From positions 16,957 to 80,956 of the forward strand of contig CAWUIN010000002.1 in NCBI GenBank assembly GCA_963922535.1: a stretch of DNA of 64,000 nucleotides. Direction: 5' to 3'. Shown in pieces: positions 10,446 to 20,198 of this stretch. Under the pieces are notes generated by a model that was not told the origin of the DNA, searched no databases, and saw nothing but the letters and a program-made list of their open reading frames with translations. The stretch is from an uncultured Hyphomicrobiaceae bacterium (GTDB lineage: Bacteria > Pseudomonadota > Alphaproteobacteria > Rhizobiales > Hyphomicrobiaceae). A program made the position numbers and the translations under genes. How positions within the stretch are numbered: position 1 is the stretch's first letter; every line of letters begins with the position of its first letter.

Positions 10446-11972
10446 ATGCTTTTGAGATCTATTCTGCTTTGTACATCCGTGTGCGCTGCTGCTCTGGCGA
10501 GCTCTGCCCAGGCTGAGCTTAAAGTTAATCTGCTCGGGACTTACGAAACTAAAGTCTTTGACGAAGGCGCAGCGGAAATCGTTGCCCATGACGCCAAGAA
10601 CCAGCGCCTGTTCATCGTCAACGGTAACGACAAGACAATCGATGTCATCGACTTCAAAGACCCGAAGGCAATGACAAAGATCAACGCGATCGATCTGTCA
10701 GAATATGGAAAGACGGCAAATTCCGTTGCAGTCCATGGCGAGCGCGTTGCGGTTGCAGTTGAGGCAAATGACAAGCAGGCAAACGGCAAGCTTCTCGTGC
10801 TTGATCTTGAAGGCAAGGTCGTCAGCGAGGCTGAAGCCGGTGCGCTGCCAGACATGGTGACATTCACCCCGGATGGTCAGTATATTCTGCTGGCTAACGA
10901 AGGTGAGCCAAGTGATGATTTCAAGAATGATCCGGAAGGCTCCGTCACCATTTTTGAGATTGCAAGTGGTAAGGTCACCAACGTTTCGTTTGCAGGTCTC
11001 AAAAAGCAGGATTTTGGTCCAAGCGCACACTGGCCATCGCCAGAAGGCACAACTGTCGCGCAGGACCTTGAGCCGGAATACATCGCCATTTCAGGCGACA
11101 GCAAAACAGCGTTTGTCTCGATGCAGGAAAATAACGCCATGGCTGTTATTGACATCGCAAGCGGCAAGATTACCAAGGTGTTCGGTCTGGGACTTAAGGA
11201 TTGGAGAAACTTTAAGTTCGACGTCACAGACAAGGACAAGGCAACCGTTCTTAAGAGCTGGCCGGTTGTGTCCATGTACCAGCCGGATGCCATCGCATCG
11301 TTTACGCACAACGGGGCAACCTATATCGTTACAGCAAACGAGGGCGATGCACGCGACTATGAAGGCTATTCCGAAGAGACCCGGGTTGCCAAGCTTAAGC
11401 TGGATGCAGAAAAGTATCCAAATGCTGCAGAGCTGCAGGATGAAAAGGCACTTGGCCGTCTGAAGACCACAACAGCTAAGGGGGATACTGACGGCGATGG
11501 CGACATCGACCAGATCCATGCCTATGGCGGCCGTTCGTTTTCAATCTTTGCCGCAGATGGCAAGATGATCTACGACAGCGGTGATGAGTTTACCGCATAC
11601 CTGTCGAAGCAGCATCCAACATGGTTCAACTCCGAAGGCGAAGAAAGCAGCTTTGACAAGCGCTCTGATGACAAGGGCACCGAGCCGGAAGGCGTAGATG
11701 TGGGCACAGTGGGTGGCACGCGTTATGCTTTCATCGGCCTGGAACGCATGGGGGGCATCATGGTTTACGATATCTCCAACCCTGAAGCGCCGAAGTTTGA
11801 AACCTACATCCTTAATGCCAATCCTAAGGGAAGTGGCAAAGAGGGTACCGCCGGCGACCTTGGGCCAGAGGGCTTGAAATTCATCGCAGCCGATAAGAGC
11901 CCGACGGGCAAGGCAATCCTCGTCGTTGCCAACGAAGTCTCAGGCAGCACCTCTGCCTTCGAACTCGAGTAA
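10446..11972 (+). CDS. secreted protein, choice-of-anchor I family (beta-propeller-like)
   Basis: Signal peptide MLLRSILLCTSVCAAALASSAQA. Repeated blocks match what I recognise as the choice-of-anchor I domain: ..PDMVTFTPDGQYILLANEGEP.., ..EPEYIAISGDSK.., ..TANEGDARDY.., ..EPEGVDV.., ..VANEVSGSTSAFEL. Confidence 0.7.
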   Translation: MLLRSILLCTSVCAAALASSAQAELKVNLLGTYETKVFDEGAAEIVAHDAKNQRLFIVNGNDKTIDVIDFKDPKAMTKINAIDLSEYGKTANSVAVHGERVAVAVEANDKQANGKLLVLDLEGKVVSEAEAGALPDMVTFTPDGQYILLANEGEPSDDFKNDPEGSVTIFEIASGKVTNVSFAGLKKQDFGPSAHWPSPEGTTVAQDLEPEYIAISGDSKTAFVSMQENNAMAVIDIASGKITKVFGLGLKDWRNFKFDVTDKDKATVLKSWPVVSMYQPDAIASFTHNGATYIVTANEGDARDYEGYSEETRVAKLKLDAEKYPNAAELQDEKALGRLKTTTAKGDTDGDGDIDQIHAYGGRSFSIFAADGKMIYDSGDEFTAYLSKQHPTWFNSEGEESSFDKRSDDKGTEPEGVDVGTVGGTRYAFIGLERMGGIMVYDISNPEAPKFETYILNANPKGSGKEGTAGDLGPEGLKFIAADKSPTGKAILVVANEVSGSTSAFELE

Positions 11973-12008
11973 GCGGCTGTCTGGCGATTAACTTATAAGA
12001 TACATTGA

Positions 12009-12043
12009 AGGCGTCGTGGCAGAGCTTGCTACGACGCCTTTTT
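12009..12043 (+). terminator. rho-independent terminator after the choice-of-anchor I gene
   Basis: AAGGCGTCGT..GGCAGAGCTTGCT..ACGACGCCTT forms a 9-10 bp GC-rich stem and is followed by a T run (TTTTT). It begins about 36 nt after the stop codon. Confidence 0.8.
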
Positions 12044-12308
12044 CAATGGTTTCTGTGACCTTAAGACCTCGTATTTTGCTCGTGCCGGCGTTGTGGTGTA
12101 TCGTTAAGCCCGCCCAATGCCCTCAAGGAGCAGGGCGCTTGATCCTATCCCGACATTTTTGGCGGCACGGCCAAGTCCAGGCTGGACATTAATTTAATAG
12201 TGTATGCAGTGGTGTGCATCTTCCCTGTGCAGGGCTTATTTTCAGGGTGTGCCGCCACGGTATTTGATGCGGAACAGAGCCATACAAGGGAAAAAGGCAG
12301 CATACGTA

Positions 12309-14324
12309 ATGTTCAACAAGATCCTGATTGCCAACCGTGGCGAAATCGCCTGCCGTATCATCAAGACTGCACGCCGGATGGGAATTGCCACAGTGGCTGT
12401 TTATTCCGATGCAGACCGTGATGCACTGCACGTTGAGATGGCCGATGAGGCCGTTCATATTGGCGCAGCGCCGGCGGCTGAATCCTATCTTGTCATTGAG
12501 AAAATGATCAATGCCTGCAAACAAACCGGCGCTGACGCCGTTCATCCTGGCTACGGCTTTCTCTCGGAACGCGAGGCCTTCCCTGAAGCGCTGGCTGCAG
12601 CTGGCATCGTCTTTATCGGCCCCAACGCAAATGCAATCGCCGCCATGGGTGACAAAATCGCATCTAAAAAAATGGCTGCTTCTGCAAAAGTTTCTACGGT
12701 GCCGGGCTTTCTTGGCGAAATTGCTTCACCGGCCGAAGCTGTCCAAATCGCAGAGGACATCGGCTATCCGGTTATCATCAAAGCCTCGGCTGGCGGTGGC
12801 GGCAAGGGTATGCGTATTGCACACGATGCAAGCGAGGTTGAACAAGGTTTTGCGCTGGCGAGATCCGAAGCCATATCCAGCTTTGGAGACGATCGCCTTT
12901 TTATCGAGAAATTTATTATCAACCCGCGTCATATCGAAATCCAGGTGCTTGGCGACAGGCATGGCAACGTAATTCACCTGGGTGAGCGTGAATGTTCCAT
13001 TCAACGACGCAATCAGAAAGTGATCGAGGAAGCCCCTTCGCCGCTGTTGGACGAAGAGACCCGTCAGCGCATGGGGGCGGAAGCTGTCGCGCTTGCCAAA
13101 GCCGTGAACTATGACTCCGCCGGAACGGTGGAATTTGTCGCCAGTCAGGAGCGCGATTATTTTTTTCTGGAGATGAACACGCGTTTGCAGGTCGAACATC
13201 CGGTTACCGAGATGATCACTGGCATTGATCTCGTCGAACAGATGATCCGTATTGCAGCTGGTGAAAAATTGTTACTAAGACAGGCCGATGTCAGTCTTAA
13301 CGGCTGGGCCATAGAAAGCCGGATTTATGCCGAAGACGCCTCACGCAATTTTCTGCCCTCCATCGGCCGCCTGACACGTTACCGCCCGCCGGCTGAGCAT
13401 ACAACCTGCGGCATAACCGTGCGTAACGATACCGGCGTGTTCGAGGGCGCTGAAATCTCCATGTATTACGATCCGATGGTTGCGAAGCTGATCACCCATG
13501 CGCCAACGCGCCTTGGCGCTATAAATGCTCAAGCTGAAGCGTTGGATGCTTTTTACGTCGATGGCATTCGCCACAACATTTCATTTTTGGGAGCCGTGAT
13601 GCAGCATCCCCGCTGGCGTTCTGGGCAGCTTGCCACCAGCTTTATTGAGCAGGAATATCCGGGCGGTTTCATGCCGCAGGTACCGGATGGCGAGAGCGAA
13701 ACCGTGTTGGTTGCTGTCGCAGCTTGCATTGATCATTTCTCAAGTGCCCGTCATCGCGCGATTAGCGGCCAGGCGGATTGGCAGCTGCATTTTATCTCAG
13801 AGCGCGTGGTCAAGCTTGCAAACAGCTTCCACCACGTCCAGGTCAATGGCAAGGCAGCAGAAGTTGCGACAGTTGTTTTCCTGGATGACAATGGCCAGGC
13901 TTTCGCAAGCCTTGAGGTCGTATCTGATTGGTGGCCCGGGGAGCCTGTCTGGCGGGGGACGGTGGGCAACAATGCGGTGAATGTTCAGGTGCGTCCGCTG
14001 CTCAACGGCTACGACCTCGGCCATCACGGCTTTTCCGCCCAAACGTTTGTCTATAAAAAGCGCGCGTGCGAATTGCTGGCCCGCATGCCGGCCAAAGTTG
14101 CGCCTGATCTCAGCCGTTTCGTGCTCTGCCCAATGCCAGGCCTCGTGAAAAACATCTTGGTAGAAGCTGGACAGAGCGTTCAAGTCGGCGATCCGCTCGC
14201 AATTGTTGAAGCCATGAAGATGGAAAACATTCTGCGTGCTGAACGTAACGCAACCGTGGCTGCCGTGAGGATTCAACCTGGAGACAGCCTTGCAGTTGAC
14301 GATGTGATTATCGAATTTACATGA
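12309..14324 (+). CDS. pccA: propionyl-CoA carboxylase alpha subunit-like (biotin carboxylase + BT + BCCP domains)
   Basis: Starts MFNKILIANRGEIACRIIKTARRMGI at the ATG at 12309. Contains the ATP-grasp core, ..PSIGRLTRYRPP.., and the C-terminal biotinylation motif EAMKMEN. The length (671 aa) and motifs fit PccA better than MccA. No pccB gene is adjacent. Confidence 0.8.
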   Translation: MFNKILIANRGEIACRIIKTARRMGIATVAVYSDADRDALHVEMADEAVHIGAAPAAESYLVIEKMINACKQTGADAVHPGYGFLSEREAFPEALAAAGIVFIGPNANAIAAMGDKIASKKMAASAKVSTVPGFLGEIASPAEAVQIAEDIGYPVIIKASAGGGGKGMRIAHDASEVEQGFALARSEAISSFGDDRLFIEKFIINPRHIEIQVLGDRHGNVIHLGERECSIQRRNQKVIEEAPSPLLDEETRQRMGAEAVALAKAVNYDSAGTVEFVASQERDYFFLEMNTRLQVEHPVTEMITGIDLVEQMIRIAAGEKLLLRQADVSLNGWAIESRIYAEDASRNFLPSIGRLTRYRPPAEHTTCGITVRNDTGVFEGAEISMYYDPMVAKLITHAPTRLGAINAQAEALDAFYVDGIRHNISFLGAVMQHPRWRSGQLATSFIEQEYPGGFMPQVPDGESETVLVAVAACIDHFSSARHRAISGQADWQLHFISERVVKLANSFHHVQVNGKAAEVATVVFLDDNGQAFASLEVVSDWWPGEPVWRGTVGNNAVNVQVRPLLNGYDLGHHGFSAQTFVYKKRACELLARMPAKVAPDLSRFVLCPMPGLVKNILVEAGQSVQVGDPLAIVEAMKMENILRAERNATVAAVRIQPGDSLAVDDVIIEFT

Positions 14325-14360
14325 TGGCTGCCTGCCATCAGCAACGGGAGCTGGGAGTCC

Positions 14361-14423
14361 CAGGCCGTGACGTCAACTACCATGCTTCTGCAAGCATCGC
14401 GCGGTAATTGACGTCACGGCCTG
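14361..14423. repeat. PAL-B palindromic intergenic repeat, complete copy
   Basis: CAGGCCGTGACGTCAA - 31 nt - TTGACGTCACGGCCTG, with perfect 16-bp arms. The loop holds a small internal hairpin (ATGCTT CTGC AAGCAT). The arm and core are shared with 33857-33911, 47914-47961 and 20160-20198. Confidence 0.75.
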
Positions 14424-14762
14424 AGGCTTATCTGGTTACCCCAAAAAAGGATGAGCTATTTATAGTCTGACAAGTTCACCTTGCCTGCCAAAGGCAAGAT
14501 GTCGATTGAGCAGGACTTCGGATGTTGCTTAACGAATTAAAGTTTTATCCTGTCGGTCGATCGTTTTCATAAGTAAACGGTCAGGTATTATGATTCGCAA
14601 ATCAAATAGCGCAATTCTTTTTGATTTATAGAGGCCTGTTGCTGGCCCCGCATCGATGAAACTGGAGAAATTTTCTGCGGCGTTATTATTCTGCCTTGGC
14701 TCCAGTTTCCTTCTACGCCTGAACAAAGACCAGGATGAACCTTTAAGACTTTTCTTAGCGCG

Positions 14763-15380
14763 TTAGCGCGAGTAGAACTCAACCACAAGGTTTGGTTCCA
14801 TGATCACAGGAAACGGCACATCAGAAAGCGCAGGTATTCGCTGAAACGCTGAAGTCATTTTGCTGTGATCGACTTCAAGATAATCTGGAACATCGCGCTC
14901 TGCACTTTTCGTTGCTTCAAGAACGAGTTCCATATCCCGAGATTTTTCGCGGATCTCTACGATATCGCCAATACGGCAGCGATAACTTGAGATATTCACG
15001 CGTTTACCGTTAACTCTAATGTGACAGTGTGATATGAACTGACGGGCTGCGAAAACGGTGGGCACAAATTTGGAACGATAGACAATCGTATCCAGACGGC
15101 TCTCCAAAAGGCCGATCAGGTGTTCTGATGTCGAGCCTTTGAGCCTTACAGCTTCCATGTAAAGACGATGAAAATGGCGTTCGCTGATGTTGCCGTAATA
15201 GCCCTTTAGTTTTTGCTTGGCACGCAATTGTTGGCCAAAGTCTGAGAGTTTCCCGCCACGCCGATCACCGTGTTGTCCTGGACGGTTTTCTCGTTTGTTG
15301 ACGGGACTCTTAGGGCGACCCCAGATGTTTTCCCCCATCCGGCGGTCGATTTTGTGTTTAGCGCAAATGCGCTTAGTCAT
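14763..15380 (-). CDS. rpsD: 30S ribosomal protein S4
   Basis: 205 aa. Starts [31 protein letters not shown].. and has an S4 RNA-binding domain. Confidence 0.97.
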   Translation of the reverse strand: MTKRICAKHKIDRRMGENIWGRPKSPVNKRENRPGQHGDRRGGKLSDFGQQLRAKQKLKGYYGNISERHFHRLYMEAVRLKGSTSEHLIGLLESRLDTIVYRSKFVPTVFAARQFISHCHIRVNGKRVNISSYRCRIGDIVEIREKSRDMELVLEATKSAERDVPDYLEVDHSKMTSAFQRIPALSDVPFPVIMEPNLVVEFYSR

Positions 15381-15586
15381 GATGGCACTCCATAGATGTA
15401 AGAAAGATGGATGGAGCGCCCCCTCCTCTTGCTCTTCAATGAGCCGACAGGCTAAGGCAATTTACCAGTAGCCACGGGTGCGCGTAATAGAAAGCAGGCT
15501 TTATAGCCTGCACAAGCTAACATGCTAATAATTTTTCAGATGCAAGTCAACTATTTAATGATTACAGCTGATCACAACCTGAGAAA

Positions 15587-16195
15587 TTATTCATTTTCCG
15601 GCGACTGTGAAAGGTCGGGCCCTTCGGCAACATATTTTTCAATCAATTCCTTGACCTTCTGCTTCTGCTCATCGGTGCAGGTAAGCGCTGGTATACGATT
15701 GTTTTTCTGAACGATTTTTCCACCCTCGTCACGCTCAATAAGATCCATGGTGCCAAGCGTGATCGATGTCGTCGTAAAATGCAGCATATTTATATAAACC
15801 ATCTGCTGCTCGCTCCATTGCTTGGATAAATGTTCGCGCAGCATTAGAGAATTGAAATTATTTTTCATGTCTTGCAGCAGGCCGCAGGCCTGTGCATGTG
15901 CAGTCAATCTTCCCGCCATGATGATTTCCCGGCCCTTTACGAGAGGCACAGTCATCTTTTCGCGGTTCTTTTTATCGATGAATATGGTTTTACCATCTTT
16001 TTTTGTAAATTTCTCAGGTGTGTAATTCCACGCATAATTCATTATAGTTTGAACTGAACGGTCACTGAGCTGGTTCTGTGCGTTGGCCGTTGCCGGAACC
16101 GCTAAAGCAAAAATTAGACTCACGAGACCTGCAGCGATTCCCGCCATATTCAATTCACGCATATTCCTAATGCCCCTATTCGTTTGACTTGACAT
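15587..16195 (-). CDS. hypothetical secreted protein
   Basis: A signal-peptide-like segment (MAGIAAGLVSLIFALAVPATANA) follows the first 11-17 codons, so the true start may be the ATG at 16162. No family was recognised. A GCAGGCT-TTAT-AGCCTGC hairpin at 15496-15515 lies downstream on the minus strand. Confidence 0.5.
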   Translation of the reverse strand: MSSQTNRGIRNMRELNMAGIAAGLVSLIFALAVPATANAQNQLSDRSVQTIMNYAWNYTPEKFTKKDGKTIFIDKKNREKMTVPLVKGREIIMAGRLTAHAQACGLLQDMKNNFNSLMLREHLSKQWSEQQMVYINMLHFTTTSITLGTMDLIERDEGGKIVQKNNRIPALTCTDEQKQKVKELIEKYVAEGPDLSQSPENE

Positions 16196-16289
16196 GATAA
16201 GATAAGATCATGCATCGCGTGCCGTGTTACCCGCCCCGCCTAATTGATCGATGCGTGGTCCAACCCAAAATAGGCGTAATCATGGCGCT

Positions 16290-17549
16290 TTATTCCTGGT
16301 CGTTCTGCCCATTTCGTTTCCCGCGTGCTAACGTGGCGACAATGCCACGCAATGTTCGTACTTCCTGATCCGTTGCCTGCATTCTTGTTAACATCGTGCG
16401 AATGTTTCGCACCACAACGTGGCGGCCATGCGACGGATGGAAAAATCCATTTTGTTCGAGTGCACTTTCTAAATGCTCAAACAAATTAAGAAGTTCAGCT
16501 TTGGTTGCTAAGCGACTGGAGCCGAGATTAATACCGGTTTCAACAGGCTGTTCATAATTTGTCACACGGCCAAGACTGCCCGAGCCCGCTGCCTTCAGCC
16601 ATTCATAGCCAAGAAGCAAAACAGACTGAGCGAGATTTAGGGAAGCAAATTTGTTGTTAACAGGTATCATTACGACGGCGTCAGCGTGTGCAACCTCATT
16701 GGAATCGAGACCGTTGCGCTCGCGACCGAACAATATGCCGCACTTTTCGCCCTGGGAAATACGCGCCACCAACGACTGAGCTGCTGATTCAGGCGTCATA
16801 ACTGGTTTGCGCAGATCGCGCTGGCGGGCCGTTGTTGCAGCAATCCAGTTCAGATCACCGATGGCAGCATCAAGCGTCGTACACAGTTCGGCACCGTCGA
16901 TAATGGCAGCAGCCCCGGAGGCGACAGCACGCGCCTTTTCGCTTGGCCAACCATCCCGAGGGTTAATGACACGCAGATCATCGAGGCCAAAATTTCCCAT
17001 GGCGCGTGCAACCATGCCAATGTTTTCAGGAATCTGTGGTTCAACAAGCAGAACAGCCGGTGGCGTGAGATGGGCGTTGTCGGTATCGATCAGGTCTTCG
17101 ACCTGCCGCACCCCGTAACGCAGTTTGCGTATAACACGGCGCGCCCAGAACCAGTATTCCTCTCCGGCCCAATTGCGCAGTAGCCAATCAAAGCTGGTTA
17201 CGGTTCGTTCACCTTTGCCGGATCCAGCAACTTCCAGGCCAGTATCGGATGCAGTAACACGCGAATATTGTCTGATCCAGTCATCAATACTCTCAATACC
17301 GGCACGGCGCGTATGTAAACGACAGCCATGGCAAGCAAGATCCGCCGTTCTGCAGCGTTGTTCCGCGCAGTATGTGAGCAAGGCGCTCAATTGCTGACTT
17401 GTGAGGGGGAAGGGATGCGCTGATGCTGAGAGAACTGCCGCGGGGCCCTGCTCGTGGGCCTCATAAATGATATCGGCCACAGAACGGTCTGAGCCTGCGA
17501 CCTTAGGTTCTCCCTGAATGTCAGTAATCAGTTCGGTTAGCTGTGACAC
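16290..17549 (-). CDS. SpoU/TrmJ-type RNA 2'-O-methyltransferase, ORF open for about 160 additional N-terminal codons
   Basis: The SPOUT core starts near aa 163 (PPAVLLVEPQIPENIGMVARAMGNFG .. ILFGRERNGL .. NLAQSVLLLGYEW). The longest ORF starts at the GTG at 17549, 10 nt from the upstream gene. An in-frame GTG at 17111 would give a conventional 273-aa protein. Confidence 0.8.
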   Translation of the reverse strand: MSQLTELITDIQGEPKVAGSDRSVADIIYEAHEQGPAAVLSASAHPFPLTSQQLSALLTYCAEQRCRTADLACHGCRLHTRRAGIESIDDWIRQYSRVTASDTGLEVAGSGKGERTVTSFDWLLRNWAGEEYWFWARRVIRKLRYGVRQVEDLIDTDNAHLTPPAVLLVEPQIPENIGMVARAMGNFGLDDLRVINPRDGWPSEKARAVASGAAAIIDGAELCTTLDAAIGDLNWIAATTARQRDLRKPVMTPESAAQSLVARISQGEKCGILFGRERNGLDSNEVAHADAVVMIPVNNKFASLNLAQSVLLLGYEWLKAAGSGSLGRVTNYEQPVETGINLGSSRLATKAELLNLFEHLESALEQNGFFHPSHGRHVVVRNIRTMLTRMQATDQEVRTLRGIVATLARGKRNGQNDQE

Positions 17550-17558
17550 AGGCGCGCC

Positions 17559-18497
17559 TTATAAAACCAGAAGATCGTGCTGCTGTTTACTTGGCTGAAA
17601 GTTCATAAGCAAATGAGAGGTTGCAGTGTCCTCATCCAGTGGCGTGCAATATGCGTGACTTTCCGACAGGCGGGAAAGCGTGGCGTTTGGATCGCAGAAT
17701 AACACCTTGCCATCGTGAGGGTCCATTGTTTCCTGATATGTCACTTCAACCATAAGTGGCGGTTTTACTTTAAGTATTGCGGGCATTCCATCCAATACAG
17801 CATGTTCGTGGCCTTCAACGTCGATTTTTACAAATCCGATTTCATTTGTCGCATACCCTGCATCGCGAACGATGTCGTCCAGGCGTGCCACCGGTATGGA
17901 CCGAGGTGCGCCTTGGGAGCGCGAGAAGCCGGCTTCCAGGGAATGAGCGCCAAGGTTCTTGGCATCGCGGTAAAACGGCAGCGTTCCGCCTGTGCAGCTG
18001 GCCGCGGCTGAAATTATGGTTACGTTGTCCGTAAAGCCGTTATGCATGATGTTGCGCTGCAATATGGCGCGATTGAGGGGGTCCGGCTCAATCGCCAGGA
18101 CATGGCGAAATTGGCCGCTTAGTAGTGCATAAAGTGTGATTGATCCAATATTGGCCCCAACATCAATGAATAAGCCGCCTGTCTGGATGCGGCCAGACCT
18201 GAGTGCAACGGCAAGAGCAAGTTCGAACTGCCGGCGCTGCCAGGAGCGGCCGCTCAGAATTGCGAAAGCAATTTTATCGTCGCGTGGGTTGATGAAAATT
18301 TCGTGATCTTCAAACGTAACAAGACACAAAATATCCGCAGAAAGATATGTGCTGAACAGGTGGTGCAGGGCGAAGCGGCGATTGCGGCGATTACGCGCAG
18401 CGCGTACAATCGCGTTGCGGTAATGCCTGCTCAAACAGCCAGTTCTGCGGATTGATCGTTGCTCCGGGGCATGCGCGGGACGGCAGGGATGTTTCAC
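17559..18497 (-). CDS. FkbM-family SAM-dependent methyltransferase
   Basis: Contains ..GGLFIDVGANIGSITLYALL.. (motif I) and ..GFVKIDVEGHEHAVLDG.., which is typical of FkbM. The longest ORF starts at GTG and carries an Arg-rich 40-60 aa leader that may not be translated. Confidence 0.7.
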   Translation of the reverse strand: MKHPCRPAHAPEQRSIRRTGCLSRHYRNAIVRAARNRRNRRFALHHLFSTYLSADILCLVTFEDHEIFINPRDDKIAFAILSGRSWQRRQFELALAVALRSGRIQTGGLFIDVGANIGSITLYALLSGQFRHVLAIEPDPLNRAILQRNIMHNGFTDNVTIISAAASCTGGTLPFYRDAKNLGAHSLEAGFSRSQGAPRSIPVARLDDIVRDAGYATNEIGFVKIDVEGHEHAVLDGMPAILKVKPPLMVEVTYQETMDPHDGKVLFCDPNATLSRLSESHAYCTPLDEDTATSHLLMNFQPSKQQHDLLVL

Positions 18498-18610
18498 TTC
18501 GTTTTCCTCTACTCGACGCGGGCGGCACCGCGCGCTAATCTAGTTGTCTTGTATGCAATGCCGGTGGCGTTGCCAAAGTGCACTTTCAGCGAAGGGTGAG
18601 GGCCATAATC

Positions 18611-19822
18611 ATGTCAAAAATAAAAGTAACCGGAACTGTCGTGGAACTCGACGGTGATGAAATGACACGGATCATGTGGCAGTTCATCAAAGACAAGCTC
18701 ATCCATCCTTATTTGGATGTAAACCTTGAATATTACGACCTTGGCATCGAGGAACGTGACCGCACAAACGATCAAATTACAATCGATGCGGCTGAGGCGA
18801 TCAAAAAGCATGGCGTTGGAGTTAAGTGTGCAACCATTACACCAGATGAGCAGCGGGTCGAGGAGTTCGGCCTGAAACAGATGTGGCGTTCTCCCAATGG
18901 GACGATCCGCAACATCATCGGTGGCGTCATCTTTCGTGAGCCGATCATCTGCCGTAACGTGCCGCGTCTGGTGCCAGGATGGACGCATCCGATTGTTGTC
19001 GGCAGGCATGCATTTGGTGATCAATATCGTGCGACGGATTTTAAGTTTCCCTCCGCCGGTAAACTGACGATCAAGTTTGAGGGCGATGACGGCCAGATTA
19101 TTGAGCGTGAAGTGTTCGATGCACCGGCTTCCGGTGTTGCAATGGCGATGTATAACCTCGATGAATCAATCCGGGATTTTGCACGGGCCTCCATGAATTA
19201 TGGCCTTGGGCGTGGCTATTCGGTCTTTCTTTCAACCAAGAACACGATCCTCAAGCAATACGACGGCCGCTTCAAGGAGCTGTTCGAAGAGGTTTTTGAA
19301 AATGAGTTCGCCGATAAATTCAAAGCTGCCAACATCGATTATCAGCACCGCCTGATCGACGACATGGTTGCCTGTGCGCTCAAGTGGAGCGGTGGTTACG
19401 TCTGGGCGTGCAAAAACTACGACGGCGACGTGCAGTCTGACATCGTGGCGCAGGGTTTTGGCTCGCTGGGGCTCATGACTTCCGTTTTGATGACACCTGA
19501 CGGTAAAACGGTGGAGGCCGAAGCAGCTCACGGCACGGTGACCCGTCACTACCGTGCGCATCAAGAGGGCAAGGAAACTTCGACCAACTCCATTGCTTCT
19601 ATTTTCGCCTGGTCGCGTGCGCTGAAACACAGGGCCAAACTTGACGATAATAAAGAACTCGCTGGATTTGCCGAAACGCTTGAAAAAGTCTGTATCGAAA
19701 CCGTCGAAAGTGGTTTTATGACGAAGGATCTCGCGCTGCTTGTCGGCCCGGAACAGGGTTGGCTTACAACGATGGGCTTTCTCGACAAAATCAATGACAA
19801 CCTGCAGGCCGCGGTAGCATAG
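18611..19822 (+). CDS. icd: NADP-dependent isocitrate dehydrogenase (homodimeric, eukaryote-like type)
   Basis: Starts [23 protein letters not shown] at the ATG at 18611. The 403-aa length and sequence are typical of alphaproteobacterial IDH. Confidence 0.95.
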   Translation: MSKIKVTGTVVELDGDEMTRIMWQFIKDKLIHPYLDVNLEYYDLGIEERDRTNDQITIDAAEAIKKHGVGVKCATITPDEQRVEEFGLKQMWRSPNGTIRNIIGGVIFREPIICRNVPRLVPGWTHPIVVGRHAFGDQYRATDFKFPSAGKLTIKFEGDDGQIIEREVFDAPASGVAMAMYNLDESIRDFARASMNYGLGRGYSVFLSTKNTILKQYDGRFKELFEEVFENEFADKFKAANIDYQHRLIDDMVACALKWSGGYVWACKNYDGDVQSDIVAQGFGSLGLMTSVLMTPDGKTVEAEAAHGTVTRHYRAHQEGKETSTNSIASIFAWSRALKHRAKLDDNKELAGFAETLEKVCIETVESGFMTKDLALLVGPEQGWLTTMGFLDKINDNLQAAVA

Positions 19823-19834
19823 CTTCGAGGCTTG

Positions 19835-20075
19835 GCAAACGAAACATTAACGCGTCCCATATTCAACTTTTCGACGACATCGTGGGCAGCTTTGGTCGAG
19901 TCTCTCGGCATTGCAGTTCTCGACACTGTAAAGGTTTGGTGCGATTTGAGATCATGCCAGACAATCTCGATGTCATTGAATACGGGCGCGTATTCGGGCA
20001 ACCGTCCGACTCGCAGCCAGCAGGTTCCACAAGTAAATTGTTAATACCAGGTGCTGTTGTTCAGTATCGTCAGAG
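19835..20075 (-). pseudogene. relic of an IS630/Tc1-mariner family (DDE_3) transposase, C-terminal part only
   Basis: Minus-strand translation gives LPEYAPVFNDIEIVWHDLKSHQ..DSTKAAHDVVEKLN. This matches the LPPYSP-LNPIE-xW-xLK..L..AI..A..LN C-terminal signature. Upstream and in frame, TILNNSTWY followed by a stop resembles the xLDNAxxH block. There is no start codon, no N-terminal HTH and no recognisable IR. Confidence 0.5.
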
Positions 20076-20159
20076 GCTGGCAGAGGCGAATTTTTGTCGC
20101 CCGGCAAGGAGCATTTTTGCGTGCGGAGCGACGCCTCGTCACGCAAATGCAATTTTGCG

Positions 20160-20198
20160 CCGCAGTGAAAATTCGCCACCGCCGGCTTCGCGCTGCAC
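20160..20198. repeat. PAL-B repeat fragment (core only)
   Basis: CAGTGAAAATTCGCCACCGCCGGCTTCGCGCTGCA is nearly identical to the reverse complement of 33877-33908 (CAGTTGGAAATTCGCCTCCGCCGGCTTCGCGCGGCA). It also shares CCGGCTTCGCGCTG with 47931-47945. Confidence 0.55.

Noticed and set aside
14363-14421. TGACGTCA (a CRE-like 8-bp palindrome) occurs in both arms of the pccA-downstream hairpin and could be a transcription-factor site.
   Set aside because: The motif is part of a dispersed repeat arm (PAL-B) found at unrelated loci, with TGTCGTCA variants. It is located at a gene 3' end rather than a promoter, so a repeat or terminator role is more parsimonious.
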